From Spirochaetes bacterium RBG_16_49_21 (GTDB lineage Bacteria > Spirochaetota > UBA4802 > UBA5550), in the NCBI GenBank assembly GCA_001829495.1, contig MIBJ01000037.1:107443-171442 (forward strand): a stretch of DNA of 64,000 nt, read 5' to 3'. The translations under genes were made by a program, and so were the position numbers. Numbering within the stretch: position 1 is the first letter of the stretch; each line of letters begins with the position of its first letter. Shown piece after piece: positions 22,217 through 32,142 of this stretch. Below the pieces are notes generated by a model. That model saw only the letters and a program-made list of their open reading frames with translations. It was not told where the DNA came from and made no database searches.

Positions 22217-23385
22217 ACTCGTTCAAAAATAGTAGCCGGCGCCTGGCCGCCGCCGGTGCAGAGGGTTACCAGAGCGTATCTGGCCTTGCGCCGGTGCAGC
22301 TCGTGAATTGCGGTGACCGCGAGGCGGCATCCGCTGTTGCCCACCGGGTGCCCCAGCGCCAGCGCGCCGCCGTTGACGTTGAGCTTCGCCGTATCCGCCC
22401 TGAGCTCTTTTATCCAGGCCAGGGGTATGGGCGCAAAAGCCTCGTTTACCTCGAAAAGATCAATATCCTCCATGTTCAGGCCTGCTTTTTTGAGCACGAG
22501 GGGCGTGGCCGTTATAGGACCGGTAAGCATGAGTACGGGGTCAGAGCCCACCACTGCACTGGCCACAACCCGTGCCATGGGCGTAAGCCCCGTTTCCCTG
22601 ACTTTTTCCCCGCTCATGAGCACGACAGCGGAAGCGCCGTCGGTCACGGTGCTGCTGAGACCGGCGGTCATCCATTCGGTGCCGGGCAGCACCGTGAGGC
22701 TATCGAGCCCTTCCCGGGTGACGCCGACGCGGATCGGCTCATCGGTATCGCAGATAAACGCGTTGCCGTCTTTGTCAAGTCCCCTCACCGGAAGTATCTC
22801 TTTTTTGAAATGGCCTTGCCGTGTGGCGGTGAGTGCTTTCTCGTGGCTGGCCACGGCGAAATCCTGGCACTCCTCCTTGGTTATGTTCCACTTATTCGCA
22901 ATGGCCTGGGCTGCGAAAATCTGATTGGGAATGCCGTACCGCTCCATATAGGATTTGCTGATGGGATGTCCTGCGTTCTGGCCGTTGGAGAGCGTGCAGT
23001 TCATATCGGACGCGATGCCATATTTGGTCATGAACTCGCATCCGCTGGCGATGACCGTGTCCATCGAGCCTGATGCTATCATGCCTGCGGCCATCTGGAT
23101 CGCAGAAAGGCTGCTCCCGCACTGACGGTTTACCGTAATGCCCCCTATGGTCACCGGGAGGTTTGATTCCAGTATTCCCATCCGGGCAAGATTGAATCCC
23201 TGTTCCCCGATCTGGTACACGCATCCCGTGATAACATCTTCCACCAGGTGCGGGTCGAGTCCGATGCGGTCCACGACCTCATTGAGGATCAGGGCGAGCA
23301 GCTCCGGCGCCGTGTATTGCCGCAGACAGCCTTTTTGCTTGCCTACCGGAGTTCTGACAGCGCTCACGATAAATACTTCTTTCAT
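22213..23385 (-). CDS. Acetyl-CoA C-acetyltransferase (thiolase II-like)
   Basis: Thiolase blocks IVSAVRTPVGK, NRQCGSSLSAIQMAA, NVNGGALALGHPVGNSG, CTGGGQ. I chose the ATG at 23385 (MKEVFIVSAV...), which has a GGAGAGG Shine-Dalgarno-like sequence upstream. Confidence 0.9.
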   Translation of the reverse strand: MKEVFIVSAVRTPVGKQKGCLRQYTAPELLALILNEVVDRIGLDPHLVEDVITGCVYQIGEQGFNLARMGILESNLPVTIGGITVNRQCGSSLSAIQMAAGMIASGSMDTVIASGCEFMTKYGIASDMNCTLSNGQNAGHPISKSYMERYGIPNQIFAAQAIANKWNITKEECQDFAVASHEKALTATRQGHFKKEILPVRGLDKDGNAFICDTDEPIRVGVTREGLDSLTVLPGTEWMTAGLSSTVTDGASAVVLMSGEKVRETGLTPMARVVASAVVGSDPVLMLTGPITATPLVLKKAGLNMEDIDLFEVNEAFAPIPLAWIKELRADTAKLNVNGGALALGHPVGNSGCRLAVTAIHELHRRKARYALVTLCTGGGQAPATIFERV

Positions 23386-23425
23386 ACGATACCTCTCCTG
23401 CCATGCGCCCGGCACCGGTCAGTTT

Positions 23426-23483
23426 TATTATTGACTTATTCTATGACAATAACCTATATTTTATAAGACAATAAGTCAAATAA
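23426..23483. promoter_or_regulatory. Candidate operator in the divergent thiolase / fadI control region: inverted repeat TTGACTTATT ... AATAAGTCAA plus direct repeat GACAATAA
   Basis: TTGACTTATT (23431-23440) and AATAAGTCAA (23470-23479) are perfect reverse complements 29 nt apart. GACAATAA occurs at 23445 and 23467. The site lies between two divergently transcribed fatty-acid-oxidation operons. Confidence 0.4.
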
Positions 23484-23549
23484 CTTTTTCCTCTTGTTTT
23501 AATCCCGTTCCCGGTTTTCGCAAATTACCAGCACGGTCGGAGGATCGCC

Positions 23550-24857
23550 ATGTACAAAAAGGGTTCGCGGATCGCCGTTATCGACGGATGCCGGACTCCG
23601 TTTCTTAAGTCGGGTACCGGCTTCTATGATCTTATGGCATGGGAATTGGGAAGGTATGCCGTGAAGGGACTGGTTGCCAATATAGCAATCCCTGTTGAAG
23701 AGATCGGCCACGTGATCATGGGCACGGTGGCCGCAGACATGGCTACCACCAATGTGGCCCGGGAGAGCATGCTCGGTGCAGGGCTCCCCTGCACTATTCC
23801 CGCCCATACGAACACGGTGGCATGCATATCCGCAGGCGCGGCAATCGTAAACGGCGCCAATATGATATCAAGCGGCGACGCGGAGGCGGTGATCGTCGGG
23901 GGAGTGGAGACCTTTTCAGACCCGGCAATCAAAATCTCCAAGCCGTACCGGCGCTTCATCCTTGACCTGACCATGTTCAAGCGGCCGAAGACCCTGGCAG
24001 GCAAGCTGAAGCTCCTCCGGAACATGAAGCCCAGGGACTTTATCACGCCCGAAAAACCGGCGCTCGGGGAATATTCAACAGGCCTGATCATGGGCCAGAA
24101 TGCGGAGCGGCTGGCAAAAAGGCTCGGCATCTCCAGGGAAGAGCAGGACCTCTATGCATTGCTGTCGCACCAGCGTGCCGCCAAAGCGATAAAGGAAGGA
24201 AAGCTAAAGCAGGAAATCGTACCCGTGGTGGTGCCGGGCCAGAGCACGGCTGTCGCTATGGACAACGGTCCCCGCGGAGAAGCCACCATGGATCAGCTGT
24301 CCCGATTAGGAGGGGCCTTTGACAAGAGATACGGCACGGTGACCGCGGCAAACTCCTCATTCCTGACCGACGGGGCAGCGGCAGCGCTTCTCATGAGCGA
24401 AAAAAGAGCGAGATATCTGGGATTAAAGCCAAAAGGGTATATCCGCTCTTATGCGTTCACCGGCCAGGACCCGTGGGAAGAGCTCCTGCTCGGCCCTGCT
24501 TTTGCCATACCCAAGTGCCTGAAGCGGGCGAGCCTCAGATTTTCAGATATAGGTGTTATTGAAATACACGAGGCGTTTGCAGCGCAGATGCTGGGGGTCA
24601 TACAATGTCTTGAGTCTGACGGATTCGGCCGCGAAAAATTGGGCCTGTCCGGCAAAGTGGGCAAAGTTGACATCAATAAGGTCAATATATACGGCGGATC
24701 CCTTTCCCTCGGCCATCCCTTCGGAGCGACCGGCGCGCGGCTTTTAACCACCTGCTGCAACCGCCTGATCGAATCAGGGCAGCGGTATGGAATTATCGCA
24801 GGATGCGCAGCCGGCGCCATAGGCGGCGCGATGATAATTGAGAACGCGCAGGCGTGA
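23550..24857 (+). CDS. fadI: 3-ketoacyl-CoA thiolase, FadI type
   Basis: Collinear by eye with E. coli FadI over the whole length (RIAVIDGCRTPF, EYSTGLIMGQNAERLAK, HGTVTAANSS.LTDGAAA, GGSLSLGHPFGATGAR). GGAGGA Shine-Dalgarno sequence upstream. Confidence 0.9.
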   Translation: MYKKGSRIAVIDGCRTPFLKSGTGFYDLMAWELGRYAVKGLVANIAIPVEEIGHVIMGTVAADMATTNVARESMLGAGLPCTIPAHTNTVACISAGAAIVNGANMISSGDAEAVIVGGVETFSDPAIKISKPYRRFILDLTMFKRPKTLAGKLKLLRNMKPRDFITPEKPALGEYSTGLIMGQNAERLAKRLGISREEQDLYALLSHQRAAKAIKEGKLKQEIVPVVVPGQSTAVAMDNGPRGEATMDQLSRLGGAFDKRYGTVTAANSSFLTDGAAAALLMSEKRARYLGLKPKGYIRSYAFTGQDPWEELLLGPAFAIPKCLKRASLRFSDIGVIEIHEAFAAQMLGVIQCLESDGFGREKLGLSGKVGKVDINKVNIYGGSLSLGHPFGATGARLLTTCCNRLIESGQRYGIIAGCAAGAIGGAMIIENAQA

Positions 24858-24875
24858 AACAGCGAGGTGCAGACC

Positions 24876-26993
24876 ATGAAAAATATAACCATGGACATAA
24901 CAAAAGAAAAGGTGGCCGTCGTCACCATTGATTGCAGAGATTCGAAAGTAAACAAGGTGTCCGGTGAGCTCCTGGACGAGATTTCCGGCATGCTGGACCA
25001 TATCAGCTCGCAAGAAATCAAGGGCCTCGTGATCGCGAGCGGCAAGGAGGACAATTTTGTCGTCGGCGCTGATGTTGACGAGGTATTGTCAATGAAAACC
25101 GATCTGGAGATCAGGGACTACATCTCCCGTGCCAACCAGATACTTGCCCGGATCGATGCGCTTCCCATTCCCGTAGTCTCCTGCATTCACGGAAACTGCC
25201 TGGGCGGCGGTCTTGAAATCGCCCTCGCCTCCGATTACCGCATAGCAGCCGATTCTACCGGGACGGTAATGGGTTTTCCGGAGGTGATGCTGGGGCTTCT
25301 CCCGGCAGGCGGCGGCACGCAGCGGCTCCCCCGGCTCATCGGTCTCATACAGGCCCTCCCTCTTATGCTGACGGGAAAAAATGTCAGGATCCGCACAGCA
25401 AAAAAACTGGGCCTCATAGATGAAGTTGTGGTGCCCTATGGACTGAGAGAAATAGGAGTGAAGAAAGCAACGGAATTGGCCCAAAAGAAAATCAAGCGAA
25501 AGCGCTCCCGCTCCCTGATGGATGCTTTCCTCGAATCGCCCTTCGGCAGAAACAGGGTATTCAAACAAGCCCGGCAGATGGTGATGCGGCAGTCCTGCGG
25601 CCTGTATCCGGCGCCCCTTGCAATCATTGATTCAGTGGAATACGGGTATAAGAAGGGACTGCGCAAGGGGATTCAGGCAGACATCGAGCGATTTGTAAAC
25701 CTGGTGATCTCGCCGGAGGCCAAAGCGCTCATGACCTTGTTCTTTGGCACCACCGATTTGAAAAAGAATCCCCATAAGAAAAAAGCACGAAGCGTAAAAA
25801 AGCTCGCTATTGTCGGCACGGGTCTCATGGGAAGCGGCATAGCCTCGGTTTCAGCGCCGGTGTGCGATACGATCTTAATGAAGGATATGAATCTTGATGC
25901 CGCAGCATCGGGGATGAGCGAGGTCTGGAAAGGAATCGTCAAGCAGGTACAATCCGGGGCGGTCCGCAGATTCGACGGCGACGTCATGTACGGAAAGCTG
26001 GTTCCGTGCGACGATTATCTGCGGTTTAAAGGCGCCGACATCGTCATTGAGGCGGTGTTTGAGGATATCAATCTTAAGCGCACAATCCTGAAAGAGGCTG
26101 AAGCGGCAACGGGCGGGGATACCATCGTGGCGTCCAATACCTCTGCTCTGCCGATCAAGTCCATTGCCCGGGGATGCAAACGGCCGCAGAATGTCATTGG
26201 CATGCACTACTTCTCGCCGGTGCCGCGGATGCCGCTTCTCGAAATAATAAAGACCGATACAACCGCGGACTGGGTCACGGCCACGGCGCTCGACCTGGGA
26301 ATCCGGCAGGGAAAGACCTGCATCATCGTCAAGGACGGTCCCGGGTTCTACACCACGCGCATACTTGCGCCGCTGTTGCTTGAAGGGAGCCGGGTCATCG
26401 CAGAGGGCGGCGGGCTCCCCGAGGTCGACCGGGCCATGCAGCTCTTCGGTTATCCGGTCGGCCCGATGACCCTGCTGGATGAGGTGGGCATCGACGTGGG
26501 AATACATGTCATCGAAGAAGTGCTGCCTATTTTCGAGCCGCGCGGCATTACGGCGCCGATCGATTTCACGATTCTCACGCAAAAGGGGTTCCTGGGCCGG
26601 AAGAGCAAAAAAGGCCTGTACCGGTACGACCTGCCGAAGAAGAAGGGGAAAAAGCCGGTCAACACCGCGGTATACGCCCTGTTCGGCGATGCGCAGCGCA
26701 AGAAAATCGATGTCGAAGAGGTCCAGCTCCGTATCAGCCTGATGATGGTCAATGAGGCGATCACCTGCCTGGAGGAAGGGATCATCTCGTCGCCCCGCGA
26801 CGGCGACGTGGGAGCGGTTTTAGGCCTCGGATTTCCGCCGTTCAGGGGCGGCCCCTTCAGATACGTGGACGGCATGGGCGCAGGGGCTATCGTCAAGATC
26901 ATGGAGCAACTGGCTGCAAAATACGGCAAGCGATTCATTCCGGCCGGGATGCTGCAGGATATGGCGTCAAAAGGCGGGAAATTTTATAAATAA
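24876..26993 (+). CDS. fadJ: Fatty-acid oxidation complex alpha subunit (enoyl-CoA hydratase / 3-hydroxyacyl-CoA dehydrogenase), FadJ type
   Basis: N-terminal crotonase domain (CIHGNCLGGGLEIALA), a central NAD-binding segment LAIVGTGLMGSGIA, and C-terminal 3HCDH domains. I prefer the ATG at 24876 with a GAGGTG upstream over the GTG at 24867. Confidence 0.9.
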   Translation: MKNITMDITKEKVAVVTIDCRDSKVNKVSGELLDEISGMLDHISSQEIKGLVIASGKEDNFVVGADVDEVLSMKTDLEIRDYISRANQILARIDALPIPVVSCIHGNCLGGGLEIALASDYRIAADSTGTVMGFPEVMLGLLPAGGGTQRLPRLIGLIQALPLMLTGKNVRIRTAKKLGLIDEVVVPYGLREIGVKKATELAQKKIKRKRSRSLMDAFLESPFGRNRVFKQARQMVMRQSCGLYPAPLAIIDSVEYGYKKGLRKGIQADIERFVNLVISPEAKALMTLFFGTTDLKKNPHKKKARSVKKLAIVGTGLMGSGIASVSAPVCDTILMKDMNLDAAASGMSEVWKGIVKQVQSGAVRRFDGDVMYGKLVPCDDYLRFKGADIVIEAVFEDINLKRTILKEAEAATGGDTIVASNTSALPIKSIARGCKRPQNVIGMHYFSPVPRMPLLEIIKTDTTADWVTATALDLGIRQGKTCIIVKDGPGFYTTRILAPLLLEGSRVIAEGGGLPEVDRAMQLFGYPVGPMTLLDEVGIDVGIHVIEEVLPIFEPRGITAPIDFTILTQKGFLGRKSKKGLYRYDLPKKKGKKPVNTAVYALFGDAQRKKIDVEEVQLRISLMMVNEAITCLEEGIISSPRDGDVGAVLGLGFPPFRGGPFRYVDGMGAGAIVKIMEQLAAKYGKRFIPAGMLQDMASKGGKFYK

Positions 26994-27019
26994 GCCCCCT
27001 CAATGACAAGGAGCTCGGC

Positions 27020-28168
27020 ATGGAACGCACCGTACAATTTTCCGAAGGGCATCAAATTTTCCGGGAATCCTTCCGGAAATTTTTAATGAAGGAGATCGGA
27101 GACCGGTATCCCCAGTGGGAGGCTGCGGGGATCGTTCCGCGTGAGATATGGAAAAAATTCGGCGACAACGGATATCTTCTCCCCTGGGCGCCGGAGAAAT
27201 ACGGCGGCGCGGGCGCGGACTGGCTCTATTCGGTCATCATTATTGAAGAGCTGGCGCGCTTCGGCGCGAACGGGGTCTTTGTTCCCCTGCATAACGATAT
27301 TGTCGCGCCCTATATTTATACATACGGCTCCGAAGAACAGCGAAAACGCTGGCTGCCGGGGTGCATCACCGGCGATACGATCCTCGCGCTTGCCATGACC
27401 GAGCCTGAAGCCGGATCAGACCTTGCATCCATCAGAACGACCGCGAAGCGCGACGGCGACGCGTGGGTGCTCAACGGCCAGAAAACCTTTATTTCAAACG
27501 GGCATCTGTCGGACCTGGTGATTGTGGCTGCCCGGACCGGCGGCTCAGACGCACCGCCGCACCACGCCATGAGCCTCTTCGTGGTGGAGCGCGGCGCACC
27601 CGGCTTTACCCGCGGCGAACTTATCAAAAAGATCGGCCTCAAAGCTCAGGACACGGCCGAGCTCTTTTTTGACGACTGCCGCGTGCCGGCGGACAATCTT
27701 CTGGGTCCGGAGGGACAGGGCTTCATCTTTCTGATGCAGAAGCTTCAGCAAGAGAGGCTGGTATGCGTCCTGGCCTCCCAGGCTGCTGCAGAAAAGTGCC
27801 TTGAGATCACCATCGACTATGTTAAGGAGCGAAAGCTCTTCGGAAGGCCCCTGTCCAAGTTCCAGAACACGCAGTTCCTCCTGGCGGAGCTCGCCTCCCA
27901 GGTGACCGCCGGCCGCTGTTTCGTCGATGAGCTTATCAATAATCATGCCGCCGGCAAGGACGTAACCACGGAGACCTGCATGGCAAAGTACTGGATCTGC
28001 GAAACGGCGATAAAGGTGGCTGACCGGTGCCTGCAGCTCTACGGCGGGTACGGCTACTGCACCGAATATCCTATATCCCGATTTTTTATCGATGGAAGGA
28101 TACAGACCATCTATGCAGGCACCTCGGAAGTAATGAAGCTCATTGTGGCGCGCTCCATGGGTTTGTAA
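27020..28168 (+). CDS. Acyl-CoA dehydrogenase
   Basis: ACAD blocks LAMTEPEAGSDLASI, GQKTFISNG, and the C-terminal QLYGGYGY...IYAGTSEV. AAGGAG Shine-Dalgarno sequence upstream. Confidence 0.9.
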   Translation: MERTVQFSEGHQIFRESFRKFLMKEIGDRYPQWEAAGIVPREIWKKFGDNGYLLPWAPEKYGGAGADWLYSVIIIEELARFGANGVFVPLHNDIVAPYIYTYGSEEQRKRWLPGCITGDTILALAMTEPEAGSDLASIRTTAKRDGDAWVLNGQKTFISNGHLSDLVIVAARTGGSDAPPHHAMSLFVVERGAPGFTRGELIKKIGLKAQDTAELFFDDCRVPADNLLGPEGQGFIFLMQKLQQERLVCVLASQAAAEKCLEITIDYVKERKLFGRPLSKFQNTQFLLAELASQVTAGRCFVDELINNHAAGKDVTTETCMAKYWICETAIKVADRCLQLYGGYGYCTEYPISRFFIDGRIQTIYAGTSEVMKLIVARSMGL

Positions 28169-28185
28169 TAAAACACGAGGATATT

Positions 28186-28989
28186 TCAGGTTTTCGAATT
28201 ATATTTGATCTCATTTATCTTCTTTTCTATCTTGGCCAGCTTCCTGCTCAGCGTATCTATCGACCGCTCGATCCGGTCCCTCTCCTGAACCAGCACGTCA
28301 AGCGTTTGATCCGGCCTGTTCCGCGCGATGAATTCGGCCTTTACCATATCGGACGTCTTCCCCTGCGCAAATGCCTCTTCAGCACGGCTCCGTATCTCGT
28401 CATCCCGTATGCTTGCCACGGTCTTCATGTTCTCGTACCCGATATCAGGCCTGATGTCAAACGAATGGATCTTCATGAGGAGTTTGGCCGCAGTCCGGTG
28501 AAGCAACAGCTCCCGGTCGACGTAATCGTCGAAGCTCGCATTATGCTCCCGGCACAGATCGTGTGCCTGCGCGAGGAGCTTGCCCAGCTCCTTCATGAGA
28601 TTGCCGTTGGCGGACAGGAATTTCTCCCGTATCGTTCTGGTGAGAGCGGTAAACCGGCCGTCCCTTTTGAAAATATTCGCATATACCCCCTTCTCCTCCG
28701 CCGCATAGAGGAGCTTATGGAATATATCCCAAAAGCGAACTGTGTGGGCGCGCGTCGAAATTGGCTCGACCGAGCGGACATGCTGCAGATGGTGGGCGAA
28801 TTCATGGATGGCGGTGTAGATGAGCTGGTCATCATTGGAGAAATTCCTGTTGTGGATGATGATCTCCTTCCGGTCCGGATAGTAGAGGCCGTCCACCTTC
28901 CTGCTCTTTTTACCGGTGAATATCACGCTGAAATCCCCCGCATTGCCGTCAAGCAGGAAAAGTTTTTGCTTAACCTGGTCCTGATTCAT
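28186..28989 (-). CDS. Hypothetical HExxH (SprT/WLM-like?) metallopeptidase-motif protein with a C-terminal coiled-coil tail
   Basis: Single zinc-metallopeptidase-type motif AIHEFAHHLQH. The C-terminal DRIERSIDTLSRKLAKIEKKINEIK is coiled-coil-like. I chose the ATG at 28989 (MNQDQVKQ...), 8 nt after the upstream gene stop. The opposite-strand ORF 28027-29082 has shadow-type R/P/H-rich composition. Confidence 0.65.
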   Translation of the reverse strand: MNQDQVKQKLFLLDGNAGDFSVIFTGKKSRKVDGLYYPDRKEIIIHNRNFSNDDQLIYTAIHEFAHHLQHVRSVEPISTRAHTVRFWDIFHKLLYAAEEKGVYANIFKRDGRFTALTRTIREKFLSANGNLMKELGKLLAQAHDLCREHNASFDDYVDRELLLHRTAAKLLMKIHSFDIRPDIGYENMKTVASIRDDEIRSRAEEAFAQGKTSDMVKAEFIARNRPDQTLDVLVQERDRIERSIDTLSRKLAKIEKKINEIKYNSKT

Positions 28990-28996
28990 GGCAAAC

Positions 28997-30616
28997 TCAC
29001 CCGCCATCCTCCTCAGTGCCCGTCTCATTATTCTCGGAGTGATAGCCCAGATAATAGAGCGCCCGGAAAATCCGGTAGGTGACCCGGTCGAGCCACCGCA
29101 CCGCCTCAATCTGGCGCATGGCGGTGTCGGCGTCGATTACGCCCGACGCGGTCTTGGCAAGAATCTCCTCCCTCTGCTTTTCCCGTATCGTTTTCATGTA
29201 AAGGGACGTATTTTCCATCTCCTGGATCGATTCTTTTTTCTTTAATCCCTCAAGACGGATCAGCACCGGCTCGACATTTTCCGCCAGGGTCAGGGCAAGA
29301 TGATTCAACTGCCGGTCATACTGCATCCTGCTCAGCTTTTCGAATTCCCGGCAGGCGATGATGAGCTGGTCCACATGATCGATGGCGTGCATGAGCGCGA
29401 CAAAGCTGTTGCCGAACGCCGGCGACGCCCCTTTGACCGTTTTGATTTTACCCAAGAAACGCCGGGTTTCCTGGAGCGCGTTCCCCACCTCCCGCAGCCT
29501 GTTTTTCGATACCGGCGATATCCTCTCGGACACTATCATCTCGCGTACGATATCGATGGACATGATCGTGATGTCGATGATCACCCGGCGCACGGCCTCG
29601 ATCGCCACAGAGGGAAGGTTTGCAAGAGAGGAGTCCAGATGCCGCGTCAAATAGGGCCCCTTGTCGGGGATGAACCGCGTAAAGGCCATGGAAAAAAAAC
29701 CGATAAACGGCGCAATAAGCGCTATTCCGAGGAGATTAAACGCGGTATGGAATCCCGCAAGGGTTATGGTATTGTCCATCACCCCGAACAAGCCGGCCGT
29801 ATGGTTTATAAAGATGACAAAATAGGGAAGAATAATAAAGGCGACGATGCCGGTTATGACGTTGAAGAGAATATGGGCCATGGCCGTGCGCTTCGCCGGT
29901 GATGTTGCGCCGAATGAAACGATGGCTGCGGTGAGAGTCGTTCCGATATTCTGGCCGATAACGAGCGCTGCCGCCTGGGTGAAATCAACCGTGCCTGCGT
30001 TAAGAGCCGTCATCGTTATTGCAACCGCGGCGCTGGATGCCTGCACGACCACCGTCATAGCGATCCCCACGCCCACGAGGGCCAGGCGGTTGACGATCCC
30101 GGCGCCTGAAAACCGGGACAGGTCGATGTATCCGGACACGATCTTCATGCCGTTCTGGAGAACGTCTATTCCGATGAAGATCAAGCCGAACCCGGCGATA
30201 ACGATCCCCGCGCTCGCAGTCCGATCCTTGCCGATCAATCTGAGCAGGGCTCCCAGGCCGATTAAGGGAAGCACGGCTATTCCGATCTTGAGCTTCAGCC
30301 CCAGCAGGGAGACAAGCCAGCCGGTGCTGGTCGTTCCGAGATGGGCTCCCAGTATCACGCCGAGTGACTGCTGAAGCGATATGAGGCCGGCGCTTACAAA
30401 TCCGATGGTCATGATGATGGTCGCGTGCGATGATTGGAACAGGGTCGTTATGCCCGCGCCGGACAGGATCGATGATATTCTCCCGCCGGTGAATCGGCTC
30501 AGGATTCTGCGCAGGGTGTCTCCGGCAAGGGACTTCAGGCCTTCGGTCATGAGGATCATCCCCAGGATAAAAAGCCCGATCCCGCCGAGGAGCGATGTTA
30601 TCATGGTCGTATACAT
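28997..30616 (-). CDS. Na+/phosphate cotransporter family protein (NptA/YjbB-like) with C-terminal PhoU-like region
   Basis: Na_Pi_cotrans-type repeats (LLGGIGLFILGMILMTEGLK...; QASSAAVAITMTL...GQNIGTT) followed by a helical cytoplasmic domain. Confidence 0.85.
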   Translation of the reverse strand: MYTTMITSLLGGIGLFILGMILMTEGLKSLAGDTLRRILSRFTGGRISSILSGAGITTLFQSSHATIIMTIGFVSAGLISLQQSLGVILGAHLGTTSTGWLVSLLGLKLKIGIAVLPLIGLGALLRLIGKDRTASAGIVIAGFGLIFIGIDVLQNGMKIVSGYIDLSRFSGAGIVNRLALVGVGIAMTVVVQASSAAVAITMTALNAGTVDFTQAAALVIGQNIGTTLTAAIVSFGATSPAKRTAMAHILFNVITGIVAFIILPYFVIFINHTAGLFGVMDNTITLAGFHTAFNLLGIALIAPFIGFFSMAFTRFIPDKGPYLTRHLDSSLANLPSVAIEAVRRVIIDITIMSIDIVREMIVSERISPVSKNRLREVGNALQETRRFLGKIKTVKGASPAFGNSFVALMHAIDHVDQLIIACREFEKLSRMQYDRQLNHLALTLAENVEPVLIRLEGLKKKESIQEMENTSLYMKTIREKQREEILAKTASGVIDADTAMRQIEAVRWLDRVTYRIFRALYYLGYHSENNETGTEEDGG

Positions 30617-30792
30617 GCCACAGCCTTCCCTGTGTAAGATAAGGGAATAGGCTATACAGTCAATTAAGTTCCGCTATGCAAGCGAAAATATTGAAAATGA
30701 AAAAAACGCACGGATCGAGTAATTTATTGACATAATTATACGACATCATATACCGATACGAGCCGGCCCAAATTTTCATACAGCGAGGCGCT

Positions 30793-32088
30793 ATGATCGA
30801 ACGGTATTCGAGAAAGGAGATATCCCATATCTGGGAGCTTGAAAACAAATTCAGGATCTGGCTTGATATTGAAATCGCCGTGTGCGAAGCGCGGGCCGAG
30901 CGGGGCGAGATTCCGGAGGAGGAGCTGAAGACCATCAAGAAGAAAGCCGACTTCGAGGTGGCGCGGATACTGGAGATCGAGGACGAGGTCCATCACGACG
31001 TCATCGCCTTCCTCACCGCAGTGGGGGAAAAGGTCGGGCCTGCAAGCAGGCATATCCACTACGGCCTCACCTCGAGCGATATTGTGGACACTGCCCTCTC
31101 GATCCAGCTCAGGAAGTCGGGCGGCATTATACTTCAAGGGATCGAAAAGCTCATCAGTGTCTTGAAAAGCCTTGCCCTGAAATACAAGGACGCGCCGTGC
31201 ATGGGACGCTCGCACGGCGTGCATGCGGAGCCGACGACTTTCGGCGTGAAAATGGCGGTCCTGTATGAAGAATTCAGGCGCAACCACGACCGGATCGCGT
31301 CCGCAGTCGAATCCGTGTCCTACGGCAAATTCTCCGGAGCGGTGGGGACCTACAGCAATATCGATCCGGAGATCGAGAGGCGCGTGTGTAAAAAGCTGGG
31401 ACTGAAGCCGGACCCGATATCGACCCAGGTGATCCAGCGCGACCGCCATGCGGAATTCATGGCTGCCTTGGCCATCTGCGCCGGGAGCCTGGATAAGCTC
31501 GCTACAGAAATACGCCATCTGCAGAGGACCGAGGTCCGGGAGGTGGAAGAGCCCTTCCAGAAAGGCCAAAAGGGGTCGTCGGCCATGCCGCACAAGCGGA
31601 ATCCGATCCTGTGCGAGCGGATCAGCGGCATCTCCCGGGTCGTCAAGGCGAACATGAACGTGGCGCTGGACGACATGACCCTGTGGCACGAGAGGGACAT
31701 ATCCCACTCGTCCGCTGAGCGGATCATCCTTCCCGATTCCACGATCGGCCTGGACTACCTGATTCACCGGATGATCTTCGTCATGGAGAATCTGCACGTG
31801 TACCCGCAGAACATGCTGGCGAACATAAGCCGGAGCGGAGGCCTTTTCTACACCCAGAGCCTGATGCTTGCGCTTGTGGACAAGGGACTTTCGCGCGATC
31901 AGGCGTACAAGCTGGTACAGGACATAGCCATGAGGGTGTGGGCGGGTGAAGGGAGCCTTCTTGAGCTTTGTCGAAAAGATCCGGCGGTGGCGGGAAAATT
32001 CGCTTCTGACGAATTAGATGGTATCTTCGATTTGGGAAGATATATGAAAAATATAGATTATATATACAAAAAAATCGGATTGCTGTAA
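30793..32088 (+). CDS. purB: Adenylosuccinate lyase
   Basis: N-terminus MIERYSRKEISHIWELENKF and the fumarate-lyase signature GSSAMPHKRNP. 431 aa, the Bacillus-type PurB length. Confidence 0.92.
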   Translation: MIERYSRKEISHIWELENKFRIWLDIEIAVCEARAERGEIPEEELKTIKKKADFEVARILEIEDEVHHDVIAFLTAVGEKVGPASRHIHYGLTSSDIVDTALSIQLRKSGGIILQGIEKLISVLKSLALKYKDAPCMGRSHGVHAEPTTFGVKMAVLYEEFRRNHDRIASAVESVSYGKFSGAVGTYSNIDPEIERRVCKKLGLKPDPISTQVIQRDRHAEFMAALAICAGSLDKLATEIRHLQRTEVREVEEPFQKGQKGSSAMPHKRNPILCERISGISRVVKANMNVALDDMTLWHERDISHSSAERIILPDSTIGLDYLIHRMIFVMENLHVYPQNMLANISRSGGLFYTQSLMLALVDKGLSRDQAYKLVQDIAMRVWAGEGSLLELCRKDPAVAGKFASDELDGIFDLGRYMKNIDYIYKKIGLL

Positions 32089-32142
32089 TTAACGTGTCAA
32101 ACAGAGCCGATGTCGCGACCCGGCCGCAGAGCCGTGCATTCT

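Noticed and set aside
30727-30755. Sigma70-like promoter for purB (TTGACA at 30727-30732).
   Set aside because: The -35 hexamer is perfect, but no convincing -10 hexamer lies at 16-18 nt spacing (TATACC at best). This is too weak to annotate.
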